A stretch of 64,000 nucleotides of DNA. Origin: Octopus sinensis (taxonomy: Eukaryota). Position 1 is the first letter of the stretch; the number at the start of each line of letters is the position of its first letter. Under the pieces are notes generated by a model, which was not told the DNA's origin, searched no databases, and saw only the letters and a list, made by a program, of their open reading frames with translations. The stretch covers positions 9,238,001-9,302,000 of the forward strand of contig NC_043005.1 in NCBI RefSeq assembly GCF_006345805.1, read 5' to 3'. This document shows, piece by piece, positions 1 to 13,364 of the stretch. The translations under genes were made by a program, and so were the position numbers.

Positions 1-220
1 TGGTGTCTGAAATTTAGGTTAAATCAGTGTGTCTGAAAAGGGAGTCGTATGGGACGGTCAGACAAGTTGTTTTGAGAAAATTTGGTTTAAATTATTGACA
101 ACGCAGCAGCGTCCATTAGACGGGGGGCGTTTTTCTCGTATATATATATATATATACATACATATATATATATATATTTGTTGTGCAAGATTTTCGATGT
201 GAAATCTTGTGTTGAAACAG

Positions 221-450
221 ATATTGTTGTATTTAGGAATGGTAATTTGGCCAGTTTAGCCAATAAAAACACATGGGTAATAAGAAAGAAGAAAGCAAAA
301 GACCACTGATACGGTCACAGGAGTGTGTCGAATAAGATTAAGATTCTTGTAAAGAATAAATAACGCTGAAGCAAAGTAACACCAAATATATAGTGCGTGT
401 GTTTTTATTGGCTAAACAAGTAAAATGACCATTCCTAAATACAGCAATAT
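221..450. mobile_element. Small inverted-repeat element (MITE-like or Penelope-type inversion remnant)
   Basis: 221-274 (atattgttgtatttaggaatgg...gtttagccaataaaaacac) is the imperfect reverse complement of 397-450; abuts (TA)n. Confidence 0.55.
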
Positions 451-1012
451 ATATATATATATATATATAATTTATAAAATTACTCTGTAAAATACATAAA
501 TTTGTGTGTGAGTGTGTGTGCTTGTGTGGGAGTGCATGCGCGCGTGTGCATGTGTGTGTGTATGCACGTGTATGTGTTTGCGTTTGTCTTTGCCTGGTTG
601 GGTAAGCGTCTCACAGCAAGCATCGCTTCATCACATTGTGATATTCCTTGTTGCTTTGTCCCAGCTTAGACATAACGAAAGAGAAGTATTGGAATTGTTT
701 TCCATTTCTGAATAAGACTCGCTTTTCTATTTTTTCTTTTGTTTTTACTGTTTTCAATAAAGTTCTATTCTAGAACTTCTATTAGGCTGTCATATGGCAG
801 TTACTTCTCGTGCAATGTTAAAATGCTAAACAGGGTCCCCCCTCTTGTAACGTATTCCCTTCCCTTCTTGTTATTGTTGCTTTCATTGTTATTTAACGAC
901 TCATTGAAATGATTTATGATGAAGGATGTTCCTTTGGTCACCATTCAATTTTTGAGGCACTGGTATGCCATATCTTATGGCCATGCTTATTTCGATGAAG
1001 TACTGTCGACTG

Positions 1013-1415
1013 TTGTTATCACTAGGCCTAACTCATCGTAAAGTCAATACCACCGTGACTGATATCCAATCTCCAGTGGAGAAGGCTAACCACTGGATTT
1101 GGTTAAAAAGAGACAATGAGCGATGGCTAGAAGGATATTGAGGTTAATTTGATAACCAGCTGATCTAGCAAGCGGGGCCTCATATCAATGAGAGGGGCCG
1201 GTGCGCATTGATGCCGTCGAGAGGAAGGCCCCAAAACGGCGCGCATTGATGCCGTCGAGAGGTAGGCCCCAAAATGACAGCGGGCATTGATGCCGTCTTG
1301 AGGTAGGCCCCAAAACGGCGCGCATTCTCTTCTGATGACCCCATACACTTGCTGGCTTCCGGTATACGGAGCCTTTGACTGGTAGCACTTGCATGTGTAA
1401 GTTGTTTGCAAGACA
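1013..1415. repeat. Unclassified dispersed repeat, copy 1, with internal 3x 38-41 bp tandem unit
   Basis: Reverse complement of 8899-9224; unit gcgcattgatgccgtcgagagg(a/t)aggccccaaaacggc at 1203, 1241, 1282. Confidence 0.8.
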
Positions 1416-2330
1416 GATATTTTGTGACAAAGTTTAGCAAACCTCTTTAATGTGTGTCTGTATTATTAAAAAAAAACAAGCCAATGACATGGCTATTCTA
1501 AGTTAATTATCCGACCTTGGTAGTATTTGTAGTTCAGTTCATGATATACACTCTCTTTTATTTACGATTGATGAGGTGTTTTTCTGACTTCATAAACAAA
1601 TATGACTTACCTAAATATACGTCCTACAAATGAACAGTAATATGTCTGCAAAAAATAGAAAGGGTTATTTGTGGTGTAGGCTTCGTAAAAGAATCAAAGA
1701 GCGATATCTGATACCTTCCTATATTATTGATTTTCTTTTTTGTTTTTGGATTTGTGTTTGTAATTTGCTTTTTTAATAATTCATTGACGGTTAAAGATCA
1801 ATAGAGTTGATCCTACTTTTGACCCATTATTAGGATCGATGAAAAAAACGCATTAGTTTCACAGTAAGTCATGTCAAACGTTTATCCAGATGTCACATGA
1901 AATATTTCTGTTACTTGTACAAATGACATATATATCAAATAGACGGATTACAATGTTTACACAGATGCTTGTAGTGTTGTGGGTCTCTCAACAGGGTTTT
2001 CTATTGAGAATCCTGACAGACATTTGAATACATGATGAAAAACACAGAAGTTTATACATAAAATAATACTGAAAAAAAAGGGAATGACATACAAATTCCA
2101 AACATAATCATATTCACACAGCAAAACATCATCATTTACAAGCATACTCACGCTCACCAAATATATATGTACTTGTGAAGCATTTTCACTCGAAAATACA
2201 CTTCTAGAACATATTTCTCATAGCGTAGACACTTTCACAAAGTTAGGGTTCATACAAACTTACACACTCATGTAACAGTATCACAGCCCTGGAAAATATA
2301 CACAAACACACAAACACACAAACAAACACA

Positions 2331-2381
<51 letters not shown>

Positions 2382-3249
2382 GTATACATATATATGTATA
2401 TATACGCATACAGAAAAAAAAAACGTAAACGCGCGTAGATACACACATACAATCAGGCTTACAAACGGAGAAATAAAATTACAGAAATTTCACACGATGA
2501 CATGAGAAGAATATTGATTTCTTGTTTCCCTAGCCTCAAAAAATACACACAGATTTAAGGATTTCTGCTCAGTTTGCCAGATCTTCGTCACACCTCTTCT
2601 TTAAATTCATGAGTTTTTTTTTCTGTTCTAAACCATTCCACAACTGATATTATTTTATGATTTCCACACAATGTTGTTGATTTCTTTTTTTCTTCTATAG
2701 CATCTTCTTCACTTTTTTTCTTCGACAGCTCGAAATCCTAACCACGTTCTCTTAACTTTTTTTTCTGTTATAAATCTTTTCATTTCTTTTTGTTATTCAT
2801 AAAACTACTTCAGTTTTTTTCTTCTTTTTTCTTAAGATCTTTTGAGGCCGTTTTTCTTCTTTCAAATAATTCAAAAATTTCATCATTCATTTATTCTTTT
2901 ATGTCTTAATTAGTTAATTATATTACTGTTTCCAGTCATGTGATAGTTAGGTGATAATTTCATTCTGCTTTAAACTACTTCTTTTTCCAATGATTAACAG
3001 GATTTCTTTCCCAACCAAGAAATGGTGCTTTAAGCTTTTTGTGTGTGTGTGTGTTTATCTCTATTTTTATGGTTTTGTCAGAAGAGAATAAAGCTACGTC
3101 TAAAACATTTACATCATTTATAGATGTTCGATTCGTTCTTTCGTATTCGATCCTACTTCTTGCCACAACTAGTCCTACTTTATACAGTGGATTGTATACT
3201 GCCACATACACACACATGCACACACATACCACCCATATTCATACACACG

Positions 3250-3334
<85 letters not shown>

Positions 3335-3345
3335 TATATATATAT

Positions 3346-3964
3346 AACTTATAAATAAGGGCAAACCAAAAAATTTCTAATGCCAAATATGCCGAAAATT
3401 GGACATATTGTCCATTACCATATAATTTATCACAATACGCACGCTACTCGAAAAAAAGCCCACAGAAATTTCTAAAAAATTCCATTATTACCATATCGGA
3501 CCGATTTCAGGGTTAGTTCGTGAGAACCCTCCCTTCGTCAGTGATAAATGTGGCAATTAAATAAATGAGATACTTACTCATACCCATGGAAGAAGCTAAA
3601 CACTAAGTCATGAGCACAATTAAATACCCCAAATAAATCCAAAATAGAAATACTCCAGCCCATTCAAGACACGTGCGATTTGAACTGAGACTCTCACAGA
3701 ATGAGAGAGTCCGGAAGTGAACACTTAAATTTATATTTAATGTAGGATAAAATTTTTTTCTAAAAAAATTTTATCAATGGCTAGCATAAAGAAAAAATAC
3801 CTTTAAAGGTTAAAATTATAAACAACTTATAAATAAGGGCAAACGAAAAATTTCTAATGCCAAATATGCCGAAAATTGGACATATTGTCCATTACCATAT
3901 AATTTATCACAATTCGTTTGCCCTTATTTATAAGTTGTTTATAATTTTAACCTTTAAAGGTATT
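3346..3964 (-). mobile_element. Penelope-like element remnant (direct pseudo-LTR repeats plus terminal inversion)
   Basis: Direct repeats 3346-3436/3824-3913; 51-bp inverted repeat 3796-3846/3914-3964; internal hammerhead motif; adjacent to a (TA)n/(TG)n tract. Confidence 0.6.
3494..3546 (-). ncRNA. Type I hammerhead ribozyme motif, slightly decayed
   Basis: Minus strand: UAUCA-CUGACGA-AGGG..CCCU-GAAA-UCG-GUC-CGAUA. Core intact, GUC site; stem I has 4 bp plus an A.C mismatch explainable by CpG decay. Confidence 0.65.
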
Positions 3965-3966
3965 GA

Positions 3967-4204
3967 CAGCATCGGTTGTCAAGTGATGTTGGCGAACAAA
4001 CATACACACACACACACACACATATATGTATATATATATACGATGGGCTTCTTTCAGTTTCCGTCTACCAAATCCACTCACAAGGCTTTGGTCTTCCCGA
4101 GGCTATAATAGAAGACACATGCCCAAGGTGCCACGCAGTGGGACTGAACCCGGAACCATGTGGTTGGTAAGCAAGCTACTTACCACCCAGACACTCCTTC
4201 GCCT
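3967..4204 (-). mobile_element. tRNA-derived SINE family A, 5' part
   Basis: Reverse complement of ggcg.aggagtg.ctg.gtggtaag...ggttccgggttcagtcccactgcgtggcaccttgggca; same family as 51291-51706. Confidence 0.9.
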
Positions 4205-4422
4205 AATTTTTATACTACTCTGATCCACAACAGACTAGTTCGCATATTTAGCAAACATCATGAGGAGAACTGAAGTCGGTTACAAATATTCTCGCGGGGT
4301 GCTGAAACATATTTGTCAAATTTTATTTCGACTGTGTCCATGTTCTCTCCTGTTTTCATGTCTAAAATCTATTATCTTTCAAGCATTCTTTTATTTAAAT
4401 GCGCTTACACACACACACACAC

Positions 4423-4453
<31 letters not shown>

Positions 4454-4626
4454 GCGCGCGCTTGTGTGTGTGTATGTGTTCACGTGTTCATATATGATAC
4501 TTACATAGATAAATGCATACATAAATACACACACACACATATATATATATATATATTTATCTCTCTCTCTCTATATATATATATACATATACTATGCATA
4601 TATGTTTGTACGTATAGATATATTTA

Positions 4627-4695
<69 letters not shown>

Positions 4696-6833
4696 TATAT
4701 ATATATTGACACACATACGCATATACGACGTATATGTACACACATACACATTCACGCACGTACACACACCACATACGCACTTTCACACACAAACATACAT
4801 ATCCGCACACACATATATAAGACGGTGAATAAAATTACATTTATGTCAAAATATTGATATAGAAAGTATAGAAATTTCTAAGATTATTTCGGTGATAAGG
4901 AAAATAGGGAAGAAGCGGAGAGAGTGACTGAGGTAATGTTGTATTTGTAATGGTAATAAAAGAGATTGAAATAGATATGTATGTAGATTCAGCATTCCTA
5001 TGCAAACACGGAAACATACACAAAAACTTACTCATACATATCCACACACCTACAAAAGCATAGACACACAAACACACAGAGGATGCACACACACACGCGC
5101 ACACACACATACGCATAAAAACGCATATCTTGGAATACCTGAAAATATTTTCAAGTGCATATGAACGCAGCATACCTGTGTCACATGGTACCAAATACGA
5201 ATTCATAATTGGACTTATTGATATAAGTCGATATCTACATCATAGATTCAAAAATACTTTGATGTAGTGACTCTCACATCTTTTAATCCCTCCGTATCGC
5301 TGACATCCGTATAGTTAATGCTAAGGGGATAAAATATAGATAAAATATAGATCATTCTGTCATTCTCTAGTGTATGGTGAGGGTAAGTCTCCAAATATTG
5401 GTGTGACAGATTTCACTAGTGAAACATAGTAATTTGATTGGCTGGTCAATACATGTAAATCATTTTACAGCTAGCTATCGAGGAGAGCTAGGGACTAGTA
5501 TTATTATGGTCTTCAATGATAAATAGTGAATAAATAATATTTCGCGGCAGTAATTATAATCTGATCACAGTAAATTATGAGCTCTATCTTGAATCAAGTA
5601 GATCGCACCTATATACGTGCGCACTTGCGATACTACAGATTATTATTGGGTACTAGCAGAAAGACAGTCCTTCGAGCGGTTTTCTTCTAGCCTCATTATA
5701 ATATTTTCACTTCTGAGTTCCTATTCTAATAATTTTATATTTTTCGTCTAATTATCTCTTTGTATAATAGCACTCCCTTGCTTAGTAAAGATTGCTACCG
5801 ATATTGTTATCACAGTCATAATCTCTCTTTTAAACAAACATCACGGTAGTCCAACAACAGGGAGGAGAAGCAATATGTCAAGTTTTACCTTACCCTCATA
5901 GCAACATAGCGATTATAATCCAGCAGCTTATCTGTAAGCTTTTTAGTGTGTGTGAGAGAGAAAGAGAGGGTGGGGTGAGAGAACATTACAAACAATGAAC
6001 GAAATGAACATGAAATGAAAAAAATTGTATCAATATAAGGGCATTATTACAGATGTACACCACCCCTCTCCCCAGTGTTTGTTGCCTCAGCATCCAGAAA
6101 AATGGATACTCTTTAATAAAATTTCTACAAATACCGCTTAGACGTTGCAGCATCAGTGTATATAGGGATTTCTGGGAGAGAATTTTTCGAAGGTGTGGAG
6201 AGAGGAGTTTTGGAAAATTCACACGATCTGAATTCTTTTCCTCATAACTTTCAGGAATACGGGTATTTTTTAGTGAAAATTTATTCAAATTCCTTTCAAA
6301 CGGCATAGATTACGATTTTAAAGAAATTTGCGGGGAAAACTTTTTCAGTGAATTTCTGCATTCTTTTAAACCACAGCCTTCGAAATGATGGGTTGGAGGG
6401 GCGCATCACTGTATGAAAAAGACTCTTTTTTTATTTTACAACCCCCTTCCTCGTCCTCCCACTCTGGACCTATTTTGGGTAAGTTTTTTTTTTCCACTTC
6501 AAAACGATGGGAAGAGCATTTGGGGTGAAGATTGTTTTTTGTTTAATTGCTATTTTCAGAGGGAAAAGTGGGTGATTTAAGGGCGATTTGGCTGTTGTTT
6601 CTAGCGCATCCAAAACAATCCTCATCGATGCTTTATCACTCTCGCATGTATTGATGTTTTTCAATATTTCCCCCATAAATATATTTGCATGCTATAAAAA
6701 ATAAAATTTCAGAAATTATGAATTTTTTGCAACCCCACTCTCTGTCCCCAATTGTTTCTATTAAGATATTAAAATATTGGAGAGCCTGAGAAGGTCACTG
6801 CTGGCATTTATTCAGAGTGATTAAAAAAAATAC

Positions 6834-7085
6834 GGAGATGTACTTGCATAGCAAGTGACTTGATCTCAGATCGTGTGCTGAAACAAAATCAATTGCATCG
6901 TGGAAGATGTTTGTAAGCCATTCAAGAACACAAAACAACCGTTAGTTTCACGTCAACATTTAAATTTAATTTATGTCAAAATATTTTGGTTGCTTTTAAA
7001 CCGTGACCTGTTTCACAGACAAAACTTCACAAAAGTGATACACCACGAAGTTTTGTCAGTGAACATGTCGCGATTTAAAAGCGAG
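6834..7085. mobile_element. Palindromic MITE-like family, left arm plus central hairpin
   Basis: Similar to 43487-43662 (ggagatgtacttgcatagcaagtgac...); central hairpin gacaaaacttc...gaagttttgtc. Confidence 0.7.
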
Positions 7086-7642
7086 GGTGCGGGTAAAATT
7101 TAGGTTACAATTTTTTCTTTCACCAATGGTCCACGCGTTTGTTACTTCGGCATTACCATTCCATAAAATGTGTTTAATGGGAGGAACATATAAAAAAAAA
7201 ACATCAATACACGTGAGAGTGAAAAGGGAGAATGGCCAAAACCGGTCCGGATAATTATTATTGTAAGGCTTATAGCATTCCAGAGAGCCATGACAACAAA
7301 ATCACTAAAATTTCTTTTACAAAAAATATGGGTACACTCCTAACCGTGTGCACACTAGGTACTCTTTCTTCCTTTCTTAACTCCGATTAGGATCATGTTT
7401 CTACTGGCCCCTAATCCTTTCGCGGTTTTTATCTTCCAATCAATTTTTCCCTTTCATGTTTCTCCTATATTTTTCTTTTATATTTTTGTCGTGATTAAGC
7501 ACGAGCGTCTGAAACGTCGAGACACTTTGCTTGTCTTTTAAGCGTTAAAGCTATAATAAATGTTTTCTGAACTAGTCTCCCATTTATTGTCTTCTCTTAT
7601 GTTATATTGCTTACTTTCAGAATATTTCTGTGAGCGTGTGTT

Positions 7643-7674
<32 letters not shown>

Positions 7675-8589
7675 CGTGTTTATGAGTGTATGTATTTATG
7701 TATGTTTGTTTTTATATGTATATGTGAATGCTTATGTCCATATTTGTGTGTATGTGCTAATATAACGTCATTAGTGTAAAATGGTGAACTATAAAGTGAC
7801 AGACTGAAATTAGTACTATTGTTACTTTAATATACTAAGAACCCATTAGATCCCTATGGGGCACCAGTATAGCCATAATTCAATTACTGAAACCAGTGAA
7901 AGAATAAAAAAAAACACAAAATAATACATAATATTGCCGTAGCTTCACACGTGGATGTTTCATATTAGATCTTGTAGTCAAAATAAGAGTTGTGTTATTT
8001 CAGAATATAAAAGGATTTCTATAAGTACATCCGATATCCAGTATGACCTAGAAATATCCATTGTATAGAAATTAATCTACTTCATATGTGTGATTCTGTG
8101 TGCTAATAAATTATTCTTAATTTCTCTCTTGACGCTTATTCATTATTAATCGCTTGAATGTTGTAATGTGTACTCATATAACAAACAAGCACACTTGTAA
8201 TATTTATTGGTATAACTAACTTCACACATATTCAAATGAATGTCTGAATATAACATTGTCTGTAGGAAACTGTCTTCTGAAATTTGGTTTAGAAAGCCAC
8301 GGACATATTTAGGTTAAACACTTTCCACATAGTATATATTCGAAAAAGGAATTATGGCAATGCATAATTACTTATAATTGTGGTTTAGTAAATACGATGC
8401 TGGGATAAAAGAAAACATGGCACCTGCTAGCAAGTAATATTCGCTGGTGAGTGACAGTGGTGGTTAATCTGGAAGAAGCTTTAAAACATTGTTAACGAAT
8501 ATATTGTATCGCATTTAATATTCCACCTCAATTAACGTGGCGAATTCTAACGGTTGTTTCCACGCAGGGCAACATCCTAAGCTGCATTT

Positions 8590-8700
8590 AGTCCGTTTTT
8601 CATCTTTTTGGGGTCGATGAAATAAAGTACCAGCTGAGCACCGGGGTTCATGAAATTGACTTTTCTCCTCCCTCAAAATTTCTGGCATTATGCCAGAATC
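8590..8700 (+). mobile_element. Degenerate SINE family C fragment
   Basis: ttttcatctttttggggtcgatgaaataaagtaccag resembles the family C core. Confidence 0.55.
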
Positions 8701-8898
8701 TGAGCCCTATATTCCAAACAACATCACTACCCTGATAACGAAATATGACGTTCCTTCCGCCAGACTAGAATAGATGATTTAGTATTTATTATGGCAAAGT
8801 AAGAAGAAAAAAGCGTAGAGCGTAAAACTTTATGGGTGGGGTAGGTAAGAAACTATTATTCGATTCACAGCCTGTACACATCTTGTGCGAATACTTGA

Positions 8899-9224
8899 TG
8901 TCTTGCAAACAACTTGCACATGCAAGTGCTACCAGTCAAAAACTCCGTATACCGGAAGCCAGCAAGTCTATGGGGTCAGCAGGAGAGAATGCGCGCCGTT
9001 TCGGGGCCTACCTCTCGACAGCATCAATGCGCACCGGTCACCCCTCACTGATATGAGACCCCGCTTGCTAGATCAGCTGGTTATCAAATAAAGCTCAATA
9101 TTCTCCTAGCCATTGCTCACCGTCTCTTTTTAAACAAATCCAGTGGCTAGCCTTCTCCACTGTAGATTGGATATCGGTCATGGTGGTATTGACTTTACGA
9201 TGTGTTAGGCCTAGCGATTAACAA
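8899..9224. repeat. Unclassified dispersed repeat, copy 2 (inverted relative to 1013-1415)
   Basis: Reverse-complement match over ~325 bp; only one copy of the 38-bp unit. Confidence 0.8.
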
Positions 9225-9518
9225 AGACACGTATGTAGCAGAGAGTGTTGTTAAACTGGAAGATGAGTAAGTTTGCAACATACGTTATGAAAAGTAAATG
9301 TATACGACCAATATAAGAAAGAATTTACTTCGGAATATAATGATAAGATACAGTAATGATGAGGTGAATTTACAAATGAAACCAATTTCCTTTTCTTATT
9401 CTCGACTAAATTCGATGACAATCTAATATTGTGGAAATTTATGTTCCCACTTTCTTTTTAAACCATATTCACACACACACACACATATTCCCCTTGAACT
9501 TCTAAATTACCTAATAAC

Positions 9519-10129
9519 AAATATAGTAAATTAATAGTTATCGCCATACTAATATGGCAGTCTTATAAATATAAGACTAAAGCTGTCGCTGATTAGCTCC
9601 AAGAGGCCACCGCCTCAAGCTAGCTATTTGACACAACCTGCGTCCATTACATACCTTCGAACAGGGGAGGTCATATTAGTATGGCGATAACTATTAATTT
9701 CCAGTAACGCTGCCGTAATCTCCTTTAGAGAGACTTAGTAATTTTAATATTTCTATTATTGAAAACAAGTGGATGTATTCCACTGTAACTAGGTAAATAA
9801 AATCTTCGAACAGAGACGGTCAGTAGCGACACCTGTGGGTCTGACTACGCTGCATTGATAACGGGCAACAACCCTGAAACATGTCTGCAGCTGTCTGACT
9901 AGCAGGATGAAACGGCTGACCTCCCCTGTTCGAAGGTTGCAATGGACGCAGGTTCGTGTGTCATATAGCTAGCTAGAGCCGATGGTCTCTTGGAGCTAAT
10001 CAGCGACAGCTTTCGTCTTATATTTATAGACTGCCATATTAGTATGGCGATAACTATTAATATCCAGTAACGCTGCCGTAATCTCCTCTAGAGAGACTTA
10101 GTAATTTTAATATTTCTAAATATAGTAAA
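9519..10129 (+). mobile_element. Penelope-like element remnant with 5' inversion, direct repeats and 12-bp TSD
   Basis: Inverted 9531-9673 vs 9917-10060; direct repeat 9674-9755 vs ~10037-10118; aaatatagtaaa at 9519-9530 and 10118-10129; internal hammerhead motif. Confidence 0.6.
9849..9891 (+). ncRNA. Decayed type I hammerhead ribozyme motif
   Basis: GCUGCA-uUGAUaA-CGGG-caacaa-CCCU-GAAA-CAUG-UC-UGCAGC. Perfect 6-bp stem I and GUC site, but C3 and G8 are mutated. Confidence 0.55.
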
Positions 10130-11042
10130 GTTTTCGAAATATACAAGGACTAAGAGTTTTTTCTTTTAAATAATATATTTTATTAAAAAGTATAATAAGC
10201 AAGGGATGATAAGTTAGGGACGATTGTAAAACATGGAAAGTTATTTACAAATCCAAAATGTAGTCCAAATCGAAATTCATTTGACAAATGTATTCTGTCA
10301 AATGTGATTGGAACGACTTTGCAGTAGGCTACAAACTTTAACAGTCAAGCAGAGTGTGTGTCGATTATAAATCACTACGAAAGGAGCTGAAATAAATATC
10401 TTAGAACCTTGTCCAATGCTCCAAACTCAAAGCATATCTAATTGGTTCCATTTAGGATTGATCGTATATTATAAATCATGGGCTCAGAAGAGCACTATGA
10501 AAGCAGGATGCATGGCTGTTATTAAAATACAATACAATATTATATATATATAGATATATATATCAGTGAGTAGTTAATGATTTTAAATTTGATTGGAAGG
10601 AGTGACATTTCTCAATACAACAACATATATTAAATTCCCCCTATCGTGAATATATTTCAAATGAAATGAATCTATAATTTGCGGTAGATCACAATCTTTT
10701 ATCATAATTGATTTAATCATTTATCAATAAAATCTTTATGTTTTTATAAATATTAAAATAGTTTTAATGATAAAATAAATGATATTCTAAGCTAAGCATT
10801 GGAATTCATCTAATGCTTAAGAAATGAAGCTTCACAAAGTAGCACACAATGCAAAAACAAAATATAAGTGCATAGAAACAAACAAACATATAAATAAACA
10901 AAGAAATACACATATATATATATGCATACATACGTGCCTATATATTTAAACACACATTCAGAGAGAGAGAGAGAGAGAGAGAAACAGGGCGATATTGATT
11001 CGTACAGTATTCGTACATATATATATGTACACACACACACAC

Positions 11043-11076
<34 letters not shown>

Positions 11077-11226
11077 GATATATAATATATATATACATAT
11101 AAATTTATATAATAAGGGTAAAAATTGAATAATAATTTGATTAATATCACTTTAAACCAGTGGCCTAGCATATTAAAGAAATCTGAACATTCAGAAAAAT
11201 TATACGCATATATATATTATATGTAT

Positions 11227-11328
<102 letters not shown>

Positions 11329-11726
11329 CTAGCAGTATCACCCGGCGTTGCTCGGGTTTGTAAAGGAATAACTATATAAGCATTTTTAGAGATGTAAAGT
11401 ATAATAGCCGTCTCAATATGGCTAACCAAAAAGGGGGGGCTGTTACTGTAGCTTTTTACGTTCTGAGATTTAATAATATTAATTTTTCGAGAGTTACTTC
11501 CCTTATATATGCCAAAAATGCATTAAACATGGGAAAAATTGATGGTAATTTTTTTTTAAAATCGTAGACTCATCGTAGACGCGCGCTAATACCCAGAAGG
11601 GCTCGATATGAATCACGACTATAAGATACCCGGTTTTGGTTAAATTGCACCGCAAAATGTGGGAGTAGTTAGGAATCTAAATCGTAGGAGACAGACAGCA
11701 CACAACCTCACTTTTATATATAAAGA
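11329..11726 (-). mobile_element. Non-autonomous Helitron, complete, 398 bp
   Basis: Minus strand begins TCTTTATATATAAAA and ends with hairpin cccgagcaacgccggg plus tgatactgCTAG; inserted between A and T; homologous to 39428-39825. Confidence 0.85.
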
Positions 11727-12104
11727 TATATATATATATATAATATATATATATATATGTATATATATATATGTGTCTGTGTGTGCGTGTGTCTGTGTGT
11801 ATACTACATGTATATATATATAAATATATATATATACACACACACAGACACACCACACCACATTGTCGCCATCATCCATTCTTTTAATTTCGCGCATGTA
11901 AAATGTTTGTTTTCTATGTTGTTGGCTATACAATATAGGACGACTAGTTGGGCATCGTTTGTGAGACAAACAGCACAATGGCGCAATTCACCCTGCCAAA
12001 AATATGGAAATAACACGCAGTGCTGCTTGGTATTTGCGCCGAAAGCTCTAATACGAACATTGTGGAACTTCTTTGTTTGTAACTATACATAAAAAACACA
12101 CACA

Positions 12105-13300
12105 CACGAGGATGTACCCAAAATTAATCAATAAAGTTCTCTGTATGATAAGCCTGTTATAGTTCAGGCTTCCGCTGCAAGAGAGCATTTGATGTGAACC
12201 ATAAGCGTCTGATGACCGGCGGCGTCGGTTGCAGTTGTGCTGCCTTGTGGTGAATCTTTCTTTTCAGTTCCCTGTTCGTCGATTTTTAGTGATAGCTGAA
12301 ACGAAAGAACAACATGCTTCTATGAAATCTTATTTTCTGCTGGGTAAAACGGCGTCCGAAACAGTTTCCAAGCTTCAAACAGCTTACGAAGAAGCTACCA
12401 TGAGCAGTATACAAGTTTACGAGTGGTTTTCACGCTTTAGGAATGGTCACTTGTCGCTTGAAGACCAACTTTGTTCTTGGAGGACCGTCAGCGAACAACT
12501 GAAAGAATTGTTGATATGACTGGTGTCATCTGGAGCTCCTGCGAACGAATTTTGAGCGAGGAATTGTGAATGGAAAGAGCTTCAGCAAAATTTGTGCTGC
12601 ACTTGATCACGGAAGATCAAAAGCAGTCACGACTGAATGCGTTTCGTGAACTGAATGAACGACTGGAAGTTGATTCGGACCGTTTTTCAAAGGTCATCAC
12701 TGGTTACGGAAACTGCTGCTACGATCTACGACCCAGAAGAGATGCAGCATTTAAGTCAATGGAAACATTCGATGTTACCACGACCCCAAAAAGCGCTTCA
12801 AATGAACTCCAATGAAGTCCAAGAAGTCAAATGAAGTCCTAGATGATGATGATTTGTTTAATCGATGCGAAAGAAATTCTCCACACAGAATTTGTCCTCC
12901 TGGTCAAACTGTTACCCAGACATTTTATTTGTCAGAAAGCATTTGCGACATGCGGTGAGCCGAAAACTCCTCGACCTGTGGAAAAATTGGTGAGTGGTGG
13001 TTTCGTCACGACAATGCGCCTATACACACCGTCTTGAGACAGTTTCTATCTAAAAATTGCCTGACCCCGCTTAACCACCCTCCCTATTCACCCGATCTTG
13101 CTTCCTGCGATAATTGTTTGTTCTCCCGATTTAAAAAAATTCTTAAAAGAAAACGTTTTGCAGACGTGAGAGAGTTGAAGAAAAAACGACAGAGGCGTTA
13201 AAATGCATCACTTCGTAAGAGTTCCAAAACTGCTCGGACAAAGGAAAGCGCGTCTGGACCCATGCCTTGCTTCAAATGGAGAATACCTTGAACGCGGAAA
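12105..13300 (+). pseudogene. Mariner transposase relic
   Basis: Broken frames give LGKTASETV...VYEWFSRF (HTH), SAKFVLHLITEDQKQSRL, KVITG, HDNA-like, HPPYSPDLASCD. Left end cacgaggatgtaccc; no right TIR found. Confidence 0.9.
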
Positions 13301-13364
13301 AAAATGTAACCGTGTAAAACTAAATTGAATAGGAATGAGAACCCAGGTTCGAAATTTCCACATA

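Noticed and set aside
300-345. ctgatacggtcacaggagtgtgtcgaata as a hammerhead
   Set aside because: Several core substitutions and no stem I.
1203-1326. 38-41 bp repeats as a CRISPR array or tandem hammerheads
   Set aside because: There are no unique spacers and the context is eukaryotic. As an HHR, C3, A9 and U16 deviate and GAAA is aaaa in this copy.
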